Positions 12,922-23,959 of a DNA stretch of 64,000 nucleotides are shown in pieces; position 1 is the stretch's first letter; every line of letters starts with the position of its first letter. Source of the stretch: Amphiscolops sp. MND2022 (Eukaryota). The DNA lies in contig OZ076411.1 of NCBI GenBank assembly GCA_964187785.1, positions 4,898,001 through 4,962,000 of the forward strand, in the 5' to 3' direction. Made by a program: the position numbers and the translations under genes. A model generated the notes under the pieces. That model did not search any database. It was not told where the DNA came from and was given only the letters and a program-made list of their open reading frames with translations.

Positions 12922-13212
12922 ACTCCTAACATGAATTTGCGAAATGGTACACTTACTAACTACTTGACGGACAAACTAAAACTAACTCAACTCATCTACG
13001 AACTCAAGAGAAAACGCAAACATGGGGCCAAGAATGTATTGTAATAATACCCCATCATTGGACTAACTACGACTGAGGTTTTTTCCTCTTTTTCTTTTTC
13101 CATCGTACACTCTTCTATCACAAGAACACTATAAAGAAATTGAATAATACAGGAAAACAACAAAGTTACAGTCAATTATGAAGTCTAACTCCAATGGTCC
13201 CAACCAACGGAC

Positions 13213-16200
13213 CTAGCATTTCTTTACAGGAGTCGAATCTTTCCCTCCAGAACCTGACTCTTGCGAAGCACGTCGAGCTTCTCGTTTCTGCCTCAGCATC
13301 CGAGTAACATCACGGGAAGAAGAAGGAGAATACGACAGAGCAGCAAATAAAGGAGAAGCCTGAGGAGAAACAGCAGACTCCGTACTACTTCCTGCAACAG
13401 CAACAGCGGCAGACACACCAACTGACAATGGGGACACAGATGGATCCGCAACCACTCCAAGCTCCACCGACGTTTGAGGACTGGCACCAGCAACTGACAA
13501 TGTCGTAGAGGACGATAACCCAGTACCGGCACGACGACGCCACTCCGCAACTTGTCCTAAGTAATACTCATCAAACCGATCCCGCAAACCGCGATAAAGA
13601 TCTTGACGATTGAGTACATAAAGTGGCCGCCATGGAGCGAAACTCTCATTGTTCAAGAAATCCTTCCCCACAGGCAAATTGGCCTTTAACTCAAGCAAAC
13701 AGTCTTTCGTCAACAACTCGCCGGAATTGAACCCGGGAGCAGAAATAAACGACTGCACAGCGAAGATGGAAGACAACAAAATCTTCTTGGGGACCCGAAC
13801 ACCGCTCAAAGAGAACTCCACGTCTGGATAACGCACCTCACGAGGAATAGCAACCAAAGAAGCCAACTGAACCACATGCGATAAATTCCCGCGACAGCCA
13901 AAAGCCTCAGCCTGCTGCATGAACACGAAAGTGTCCGTGATGGTGCTCACAACACGCCGATTACGACGACGAAGATCCACCAGGAAGGACTTGAACTCAT
14001 TTCAAGCACCCTCAGCTACAACATTCGTCACTCGCCCACAATCTTGAAAGCAAGCCATCAGCCCCCGGAACAGCTCCACAGTATAATTCTCATCACCCAG
14101 AAGCAACATATCTGGCGCAAAACAACTCAGATTAGATGCCAATTGCGAGAGGACAAACGGACAACGTGCCAAAACTTTCAGAAATTCCATCAGTAGACCA
14201 TGGCAGTCTCGCAAGAAAGATCGTCGACGAGAGTCAGTAAACCCAGTCATAGCAATGCCGAAAATGCGCTCCCCACGGAAACAATCGACATAAGCCACAT
14301 TAGGCCAAGTATTCAGAGGTCGACCAATGTATTCGCTCCAAGAGTCAATGTCGGGGAGGTCAGACAGTTTCTTCACTTTGCTTAGGACACTCCAATAAAA
14401 GAAACAAAATTCGCCATAAGAGCGACAGCTGTAATCATAAATATCCTGCGCAGAAAGTTTCTGGAAATTAGCCTGGAAGCATGACACCAAAAGGTGCAGC
14501 AAGCTCAAACGGGGCAACACCTGGGCATCAGACAGGACCATTTGATTCAAATCAGCTGGCGTCCTACTGCGACTGGCAGGAACAACTGACGACTCTTTCA
14601 GAAAGGACTGGACATCACCCCAATTGCAGATCAATTCATCCAGTACTGTACACAAAGAAGCGAAGGGCACTACATTTCGCTGAACACAGCGGCGCAACTC
14701 ACACATGCCCATAAGCCAGGGCTGATGCGACGCCTTCCCCAAACGAAGAAGAAGATACTCAACGATTGAGAAAGGGTCCAGGGATCCAGAGCTCGGCCCA
14801 GAAGCCTCACGAACATGCTCTTTAAACATCTCCACAGAATATTCCATCATCAGAAGTGGCACAGGACGATTATCAGCTTTACACCAGTCAGCGAAGACAT
14901 TGAAAAGGGTTGACGAACACCCTCGCAGTGATACTGGCGTAGTCCCATCAGGAAGAACAGCTAGCAAACGGGACAAACAGGCAATCTCAGCATCACAAAT
15001 ACCAGGTCTCAGAGGCTCCCACAACACACAAACTTCATGCAAACTCCCAGCATTCCAACAGTGCACGAAGCATCGAAGCCCATCACAATCCTCACGGAAA
15101 CTGACACTAAAATGAGCGTCTTTACACCAGGATTGCACACGACGAATGATTCGGGGGTACAAAGTTTGAGTCAGGACGACAAGAGACTCTGTCTTACTCC
15201 AAGTCGAGTGAGCACAGTCGGAGTCAACCAGCATAGTGGTACGAAACTGATTCCACAACCTCCTGAGGAAACTGTGGGACCCACCGCTGCGTAGGAGCTC
15301 AAAGAGACCCCCTACAAGAGTGGAAGCTGGTATATTTGATGCCACGCCAACCAAGGCATCAACCTCATCCTTGACAAAAGGGTTCTTACAGCCGAGCACC
15401 ACAGCTGGAGTTTTCTCAATTTCGACACGCAACTCAGCCGATATAGAAGAGACTTCCACGGCATCAAAGCGTGATGTGTACACGTAATCTTCATGGTCGA
15501 GCCTGTATCGTCGGTCACGCAAGAAATGGGTCTTACTCCCGAAGTGACGCCAAATTTCCGGTTCTCCTTTGCTCAAGAACGAGATATCCTTGCGACAAAT
15601 AGCACAATTGAACCCATTCGGATTCTTATCAGATAGCTGGCTCACAAACAACCGAGGTATAGCATGCTCAGCCATCTCTTTCCGGAGTACATGACGTTCC
15701 GTTTGATGTTTCTTCTTTTTCAAGTATGAAGCATACAGCTTCCGTTTTGCATCGTCCTCAGCCCCAGCCTCAGATTGATCACGATGTAGGCGAATCCCTT
15801 TCGACTTCAGAAGACGCACCACCTCTTCAAGTTCTAAACACACAATTACACATCTATAAACGCAAAACAGAACCAATACTAACTAAAGACCAATAGAAAC
15901 AATCACACTACAAGATATAAACAAACCAGTCGGAAATACAACCAGAAACCATGGAGAATCAATCAGATGAGGAAACAACCAAACAGGCTACTTACGACGG
16001 GTCAAAGAACGATATTCCAGACGCGACTGACTCTTCTCCAAGCGAACAGGAGCTTGACCAAACGCCAACACCTGAGAGGAGGAGAGACACACAGCACCCG
16101 CCGGAACTTCAGATAAACCAGCTGGAACAGAAGCGCAAATACTGAGAGATGATTAATATTACAAACAATACAAGCCACTACCAATCAAAACCTGACAGCC

Positions 16201-17190
16201 AGAAACATATTGAGAATAGTAACCTTTCTCCCATTCATTGTGAAGAACAGAAGCCTCCAGTCCTTCTGTGGGCCGAGTATGCTGAGTACGCTCATGCACA
16301 GCTCTAGAGGAACTTGCACCAACGACGGAAGCCCCGTCATCATCCTGAGAAACACCAGGAACATCGAAGATGGCATCACTTGAAACATCGTCAGCAATTC
16401 GAACTCTACGCCCTAAAACATAACCAACAACTGAACATCAGGGAAAGAAAGGCAATAACCCAGTATCCCAATACCTCCCGACAATCAGCAAAACAAACGA
16501 ATGCCTACCTTCATGAAATACCTTCATTTACCCCAGTAGAAACATTGGATGACTCCTCATCACCAGACCCTGTGCCTCCACCAAGTGACATCTCACGAGC
16601 ACGCTTCGTCGGCTGCTCCTGCGGAACCGAGCCCAAACGCTTACTGCGCCGAAACACGGAAACAGGTGGCAGTTTGCCAGGGGAGAAATCCTCATCTTTG
16701 GAGTCATCAGAGAGACCTACAAAGAATATGAAAGTAGATGAATTGACGCGTCAGAATACTAGCTCTCATAACGTTAACTGGCCATTAACGGAATAGCTAA
16801 GGACTTACCAGGCTGGTCACGGAGGAAGTCTATATCGTGTCTGGCATCACTGCCAGCTGAATGGGTTGAACCACTCTCGCCTTCTCCGTCAGAATCCAGG
16901 GTATCATCAGAAGCGCTATCCCTCTCAGTAGCACTTTCTTCCTCTGAACCATCGTCTACCTCTCCGAATCCAGGAACACGGCGGGCACTTTGTAAGCCAG
17001 GACTGTCGCGATCTTCAGTCCCTTCAACTGTTTCCCCTTCTTTTGAACTCTCCACAATCACAAGACGCGACTCCGACTCATCGCCTTCAACTGACTCATC
17101 CCTCCTTCCCACCTCTGCTTCACTTTCGATAATGCCCACCTGGCGGGACTGCAGAAATCGAGCAGCATCCTCATCAGTAGACTCAGCCAT
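13213..17190 (-). pseudogene. Antisense spliced cargo gene of element 1 (zinc finger plus inactive hAT-transposase-like protein, ~1170 codons), with one in-frame TGA at 14002-14004
   Basis: Proposed exons 17190-16809, 16716-16522, 16412-16224, 16121-15996, 15833-13213; GT-AG introns of 92, 109, 102 and 162 bp, all phase 1; ORFs 14002-15876 and 13213-13980 are in the same frame; homologous to the element 2 gene. N-terminal exon boundaries are less certain. Confidence 0.75.
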
Positions 17191-17491
17191 CTCAACTCAC
17201 GACAAATAACAATGCAAATCTGAAAAGCATCATACAATGTCACCAACAGCATTAAAACGAAGACGTGGCGTAAAACCAACGAAATTATTGATATGAAGTA
17301 TTACTCTTATGACGTAATGGAAGTCATTCAGTCTGCCAGCTGAAAACTTCCTCAATCACGCACGCGGCGTGAACAATTACAAAGAACAGAATTATCATTC
17401 AATTGTTCAGCTATTCCCAAGACGGTCGCTCAGCATTCATCCGCAATCTACAACCATATTACTTTTACCGATTACTTTCATCAGTAATTCA

Positions 17492-18130
17492 ATGGCATCT
17501 CTTGATCTCAACTTATCAAGCGATAGTTTCATTCTGGAACGCGACCAAGCCGCTTATTTGAATAACCCTGCAGCGCAATCAACACCCAAGACCCTACATA
17601 ACCCCTATTCGGCAGAACAATCACCTATTATTCAGGATGTGTACGAAATTATAAATACAGGGAAGGAACACATCGTGCTTTACCACGAAACAGCCCCAGC
17701 CTCAATACTATCAACGGCACAAGAGGACACACTCCCGATCAGAAGATTCACCAATGTCAACCCGATTATACCAGATGACATATTTATGAGCCCACCGAGA
17801 AATTATGACAACATGAATAGCTGGCTATACAGTCCCAACGACGGGGCAATGAGCCCAATTTCTGATACCAGCTCAATTGGCTATTTCTCGGGAAGTGACT
17901 GGACAACTGACTCGTCCTGGTTCTCCTATGATTCATAAATACAATCAGTGTTCCAACAACCAATTTCGTCGCCGTTTAGACCAGTTTCCCCACTCCCTCC
18001 TATACCGGACGCCCCTCACGAAAGCCGGGGACTGTCGCGACCCCAGAGGTGCCACGGAAATTATATGACAAGAGGAACGCCTGAAGAAGGAAGTGAGGAA
18101 ACTGATCAGGTCAAGTCAGAATCGCCATGA
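17492..18130 (+). CDS. Sense ORF3 of element 1 (acidic, Ser/Pro-rich, ~212 codons, in-frame TAA at 17936-17938), running through the PPT into the 3' LTR
   Basis: ORFs 17369-17938 and 17948-18130 are in frame; first ATG 17492; ends 98 bp into the LTR; equivalent ORF in element 2. Confidence 0.6.
18020..18032 (+). promoter_or_regulatory. Polypurine tract of element 1 (GAAAGCCGGGGAC)
   Basis: Immediately 5' of the 3' LTR. Confidence 0.65.
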
Positions 18131-19914
18131 ACAAATCTAAAATAGAAGACCAATAAACAACCTGATACTATTTAAATAACACGCAAAAGTACATTTCCTT
18201 CTTCTGTGCCGTACCTAAAATAATAGATATGTAAATAATTATATATATATATTAATAGTGAACGCAGTATTTGTTTAGCCAACGCGCTGACTGAAATCAA
18301 TTCGATCAACGCGTCGACTGGGGACTCGCCTCAGTGGCAGCAGTAAATTTCAATAAATCAACCTGTATTAGCCAATCAGATTTGAGCGCAGTTAATACAA
18401 ATTGAAGAACTGAGGCAACGTCCCAGGCAGCTTACCAGTCCGCTGAAGCTGGGACGCTTGCTCAGTCAATCTACCTAATCAATCAATCATTAATAATCGA
18501 TGCTAATTTTTGGATGAACTTTCCGCAGCTTAAAAGAAGCTATATACCAAAAGAACATCCAATGAATAATAATCGACGAAGCTTGAAGTATCTTTAACGT
18601 GCTCAATCCACCTTGTATTTGAGTCAACTTCCCAGGCAAAGCGCTAACTTTCTCTAATAAGACAATAGCCTGGACAGATGACCGAACGTATTTAATTAAT
18701 ACATGTCTTATAGTTAACCGAATAACAACGTTGCCCCTGATAAGCGTGATATTTGATAATAATATAGTAAAACAACCCCCCAGTGCTACTTTTTCAGTCC
18801 CCACATGCAGTGTTTTGTTAATATATAGTTGAGTCAATCGCCCGGTCAACCGGCCAGGCTACTCTAAATGAAACTCGTTACCTGGAGTTCGCCCAGGATT
18901 TTATTGTTAGCTTCAATTACAGCGCCAATTAACGGCCATAATCATCTGATTTAGAAGAAATCAGTGCTGTTAATTTGTTTATTTGATGTTCCTCTTAATT
19001 AACTAGCAGTAAAATTTGGGATTATTCGATGATAATTTCACTTTCCTTTCCCGCTTCAGTAGCTAGGTTCATGAATTTTCAGTGCCAACTTCGGTTCGGC
19101 GTCCTGAATTGGCGGGGAATGAAGAAGAAGTAACGCGGAATTGGGACTCGGCAGGAAGTGTATCCCACTTTTCCTTTGAAGTGAGATCCCATTCCCGAGG
19201 AAGCGGACCTAATTTGGACTTCCTTGCCTCGGATGGATGCCGAGCTGAACAAGGTGTGAATTCACGCGAGGGATTTATCCCGCGTGTCTAGCGAAAAGTA
19301 TTTATACCTGAAGCGGGTTAAGGGAAGGACCAGAATATTTTATGATTTTTGCAGATCGTTCACTTTCACGGTTGAATATTTTCGTAATTTTCGCTTACTT
19401 TGATAATTGTTGCCTTTAAAATTTGTTTGTTATTCTCCTTCCCAGTTTCATAGTGAAGACTTGGATATTAATCATTTGACTAATTGGTATCGTTTGGGAA
19501 TAGTTTAAGGCCTACAATCGCCAATAATATTTAATTCAGCTGTTTCCTAACTCTAACATTTTCCCTGAAAAATGCCCGAAAAAACCCAGAAAAGAAAGCT
19601 ACGGAGTGACCAGAGTACTAGTCAAATGGATGTAGAAATAGCTAGTTCGACTAACGACGAAAATGTCTTGCTATCAGATAGAGATTTTGAAGATATCTCT
19701 AGTAAAGTCGAAAATAGATTCTCCAAGCGTCTTAGGGACACTGAAATAAACCAACGTGAAATTCTAAAGCTAATCGAAAATTTGTCATCCAAAGTCGACA
19801 ACTTAGCTAACGTAAATCCTGGACAGAATTCCTTGACATTCGAAACTGGAATCAGTGAAATCCCTAATGACGAATTAGAAGAAGTAGAACCCGCAAGGAG
19901 TGTTAACTCCAACA
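18033..19914 (+). repeat. 3' LTR of element 1 (1882 bp)
   Basis: Matches 4612-6487; followed by TSD AAGTT. Confidence 0.97.
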
Positions 19915-19952
19915 AAGTTTTATGCCATTTCCGCTTTTTTGTATCATTTTGA
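19572..19952 (+). other. LTR-encoded Gag N-terminus reading out into flanking DNA (126 aa)
   Basis: First 114 aa identical to gag at 6145, then 12 flank-encoded residues. Confidence 0.85.
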
Positions 19953-20285
19953 AGCCAATTAATTCCGCTCGAACATTTGTTTAGTAGTTGTAGTAGTGTT
20001 GCGATAAAAGAGCAGTTAGTCGAGGTGTCAAAGTTGACTAAGTACCTGCCAGACAAAAACACAGTGTTCTGACAAAAGAATAAAGACCACCATTACGGTC
20101 TGAGAAAATTGAAATACAGTTGATTTGCTCTCACGCTTCTTTTAAACTAGCCGTTAGCTATTACAGTAGTAACTAAGGCTGCTGCTCTTGATGAGAAAAA
20201 TGTAGCATCAACTGGTACGATCGGTTGTTGGGAAACTCTATCACAAGAACAGAGAAATAACGAGGTCTGAATATCAAAACATGTC

Positions 20286-20751
20286 AAACAAACCGAGAAC
20301 GGCCCAAGTTGGCGCCATATTTAAGGCTCAAAAAAAGCAAAAAGACTTCAAAATGTCAAAGTATTGGTGAATCAGGGACCTTTTTATGAAAAAAATTGAA
20401 AAAAGTCTCACAATGACAAAAAAACTGAGAGGGATTTTCAAACCTTTGGATTTTTCAACATCCATTCTATCGGAAAATATCAAAAAATTGAAGGGGAGCT
20501 TTGGTGAACTTTTTTTCGAAAAAACGTCTCACAGAGCAGAAAATATTCTGAAGGGAGTACCTTTTGGCCCCGTTGAGTTTCTTAGATTATGTAAAAATAC
20601 TACTTCGTAAGCTAAGTAGGAATTGTAAAAATTGTGAGACTGTAAGAATTGTAAGGAAAATGGACCATTCAGAGTGAGATTGTAGGCTGAAAAAAAATAC
20701 CCACTGTAATAGTCGGGCTTTTTTCCTTGAGGGAAAAGGCGCCGACTAAAA
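20286..20751 (+). repeat. Dispersed repeat family A copy
   Basis: Same 5' block and GGCGCCGACTAAAA end as 2496-2975. Confidence 0.7.
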
Positions 20752-20946
20752 ACTGGGTGTGAAAGAGGACCTTTCATTCTATCCTGGGTATCATTGATCA
20801 GCGAGGTTATATGCTTCGAAAGGATTACTTTGATCGCAAAGCAAAAATCATGACTCAAGCAAAAATGCAAATACTCAAGGACAAGTCAGGAGTTTCGCAT
20901 AGGTCCCTGATATGACATATCATTCCTTACTCTTAATTTGTATCAC

Positions 20947-22209
20947 TTATTGTGGCAAAGGGATGGCAAAATTTCTGAGCGATCGGTCTTTGATGTTTTG
21001 CGAAAGCACGTTGCGATTGCAATTTAATATAACATCGGCCGGCAGTTTCGAAAGTGCACTTGTAAGATTAACAGTGGAGTGAATGTCAAGGAGAAAATTC
21101 AATTGTCTGTAGGTATCGACAGGAGAAGAGATGAAATTTGAATAGTTCGTGATGGAGTTTGGATCATCAGTTGATGGTTGCCTAAATGTTTGGAGACGTT
21201 GAAGAAAAGACATCACAATACGATCAAGTTTGCCGGATGTTGACTTCAATCTAGATAGTGCATACTGGTACATCGCGGGATTACAACCATAACCTGCAAT
21301 TGATGCTTTCGGTTCTCCGGAGACAAGAGTTTGTAAGTGGATGATTTTTTCCGCTTGCGAAATTGCAGTGCTGTCGATGGTAGCGGAAAAAAGACCAAAC
21401 CAATCTAACCAAGCCAAGGGATCACCCTGGAATACAGGTGGTTGAATTTTTGGCAAAGTCAGTCGACGTTGCGGTGGCACAGTATCTGTATTGTCATGAA
21501 GGGCGTTAGTCGTGCTGATAGACGCTGGATCAATAGCATTAACATGCGCAGAGGTGTCAAGGGATTGCGTCTTACCGAAAGGATTAGTTTGAAGAATGTG
21601 TGACACTGGCATATTGGGCTCAAAAGTTGTTAGTGAAAATGAAACGGCATTGGTTAATGGAGGTATAGCAGTACAGTTGTCTCCGTGGGGATGATGCGAA
21701 GACGATGAAGAAGGAATGTGGTGTGAAATGTCAGACGTTGCAGGGGACGGTGTCGGAGGATCGTTAGAGTTACTACCACCACCACCACAAAAGGACCTTT
21801 TGCTTCTAGTCACTGATACCTTGAAGCGGCGAATATCGAGTTTGATAGATGTCAATTTGTTGGCATGAGGTTCGAAGTCAGTGGTTGGGATGTGAAGGGC
21901 TAAAGATGTCGTCAAGCGAACAAGCTCAGCTTCAACAACTGTAAATTCTGACGTAACAGAACTAATATTATCAAAATCAGTGTAGTTTGTCAGCAAATCA
22001 TTGCCAAAGGATAACAAACGTGCAACTTCTTCCTGCTGTAACAAAATGAGATTGTGGCAAGTGTTCATTTCAGATGGCTCAGAGTCGACAGTTTGAGTGT
22101 CGGTCGAGACGTCAATATGGGCATTGTCACCGTTCGAAAGCTCGCGATTGCGTAAATTATAAGTTTTAAGAGGCATTGCGAAACAGCAGAAAAATTTGGA
22201 TAGAAACAA
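20947..22209 (-). pseudogene. gag: Truncated BEL/Pao gag (DUF1759-like)
   Basis: LPKIQPPVFQGDPLAWLDWFGLF...EKIIHLQTLVSGEPKASIAG pattern typical of BEL/Pao gag. Confidence 0.8.
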
Positions 22210-22893
22210 AAGATGTTTTGTTTTGCGAAAAGATGTTACGAACGACTAATCTCATCCTGATCAACCTGTGCGAGTGAATGCACTTTGAGTGTCACAAGGA
22301 TCAAAAAGGCGTCAGCAACAGATGTTATTGATGAGTCTGGCGCTTGTTTTTGCGCTGTTGCTTCAGGAGTGAAACAAGGTTTTGTTGATTCTTGAATACA
22401 ATGCGAAGTAGATGGGAATCCAAGGCAAGCGAAGGTTGAACACTACTCAACGAACGGATGCAAGAAGGAGTCCTCCGTTTTCGTTGAGACAACAATTTAA
22501 TTTAAGCGTCTAAAATGAGGATTCCAGATGAAAAAATTCGTTCAGGATCTTTGGACTTCCACTCCGTTTAACGTAAAAAATTGCGCGGATGCAATTTTGG
22601 AAATCAAAGAGCAGTTAAATCAACTCTTCAGGTGACATGGATGTGTAATTATTGCTTTGATGCTTCGAGAGATGATAAAACGGCAACAAATGCGAAACAC
22701 AACGAAACGAATTGAAAAGAAGGTGAAACAAAAGTGAATACTCCTCAAATTGTTCGAAGAGTTCAAGTAAACAATAAAGACAACGGATGAACAAGAGATG
22801 TAACGAAGATTGGAACAAGTGCGAAGAAGAATCCCAGAAACGAAACGAATTGAAACAACCTTGTAACAGACACGAAGAATGGGATCAACGTTT

Positions 22894-22907
22894 CACGTTG
22901 GGCGCCA
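22894..22907 (-). promoter_or_regulatory. Primer-binding site complementary to tRNA-Lys (TGGCGCCCAACGTG)
   Basis: Matches the start of the classical tRNA-Lys1,2 PBS; 6 nt from the LTR end. Confidence 0.8.
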
Positions 22908-23349
22908 AAACTATGTTACTGACCTCGCATAATGGATGAATTCGTCGTAGCAGTCGTGCAGACAGTGCCCATACAATGATTGGTTAAAAATGCCCGGAAA
23001 CACTGACTAAGATTAGAGAAAGGCTGAGGCCAGTAATATAACTGATATTGTATGAAGTATATTTAATATATAAAAGTAATCAGAAAAGAGGAGGGGTAAC
23101 ACAAAGGGGACAGTTTCCAAATATATTTACCTTAGAAATTGGTTTCCTCTTTCTCTTTTCTTTTCTCGAATTTCGTTTCTATATCTTGCAAAGGCGCAAA
23201 GATTAATTTTTGAACAATTTCATTCAGGAGAACTTGCAATGAGCAATACGGTAACTAACAACTGAAAATTATTCAAAAGTTTTCACGTATGAATCACAAT
23301 CAAAGAATTTCCTTCAATGAAAATGTTGAGTCACAACAATTCTCTTTTA

Positions 23350-23734
23350 TAGCACCCCCAAATTTTGTTTTGAAAAAATTCTCACAATGCTTAAAAAATT
23401 GAAGGCGACCGTTTGGGATTTTTCAACATCTATTCTGTCGCAAAACTTTTTGAGGACCCTTTGGAGAATAATTTTTTCACGAAAAAATGTCTCACAATGC
23501 CAAAAAACCCAAAAGGGGGACCCTTTGGTCACGTCCGGTATTGTTTGCTACGCTGGAAACATTTTAATTCAGTTCCCTGGGCCAACAGGGGCAATTGAAA
23601 ATTTTGTAGAACTTTTGGTAGAACTACTTCGGTGACTTCAGGTGTATCGAAAAGTTTTTTTTAAAAAAAAATAAGAAACACTGACGAAAAGCCATGACTA
23701 TATTCGGCTCTTTCCTAGAAAAGCGCCGACTAAA
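23350..23734 (+). repeat. Dispersed repeat family A copy (5'-truncated)
   Basis: Internal GGGATTTTTCAACATC and GGGGACCCTTT motifs; AAAAGCGCCGACTAAAAA end. Confidence 0.7.
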
Positions 23735-23844
23735 AAACATCCTCGAAAAACTCTCGTTTATGAGAGGGATTCTTTAGGCTCGATATTTTCGTTTTCGTAA
23801 GTTAAACTTTTTTGCAATGTTTTGCAAACAGAACAAAAATTAGT

Positions 23845-23915
23845 CCTGGGTGACTTTCGAACACACCACCTTCTTGTTGCAAACATCCTAATCTCTGTGC
23901 CATGTGACAGCTACG
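23845..23915 (-). repeat. tRNA-derived SINE-like head
   Basis: A-box-like TGGCACAGAGATTAG and B-box-like GTTCGAA at tRNA-like spacing; no intact cloverleaf. Confidence 0.45.
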
Positions 23916-23959
23916 TGAAATGAACAAACTCTGTTCAAAAAGTTCACAACTAATCAGTG

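Larger units (their letters stand above)
4612..19914 (+). mobile_element. Full-length Ty3/Gypsy LTR retrotransposon, element 1 (15.3 kb)
   Basis: Near-identical LTRs with TGT...ACA ends; TSD AAGTT (4607-4611, 19915-19919); PBS and PPT; gag, then PR-RT-RH-IN order. Confidence 0.97.
20938..23101 (-). mobile_element. 5' fragment of a BEL/Pao LTR retrotransposon (LTR, PBS, gag)
   Basis: 188-bp LTR 22914-23101 with TGTTAC...GTAACA ends; PBS TGGCGCCCAACGTG; DUF1759-like gag; no pol or second LTR seen; left boundary approximate. Confidence 0.8.

Noticed and set aside
15951-16796. Plus-strand ORFs within the cargo region (also 48089-48709)
   Set aside because: They overlap the minus-strand exons and introns, which have better splice and homology support.
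17369-18130. env gene
   Set aside because: No signal peptide, furin site or transmembrane segment; short and disordered.
4612-19914. Segmental duplication as the explanation for the ~1.9-2.1-kb direct repeats
   Set aside because: TG...CA ends, PBS, PPT and 5-bp TSDs identify them as LTRs.
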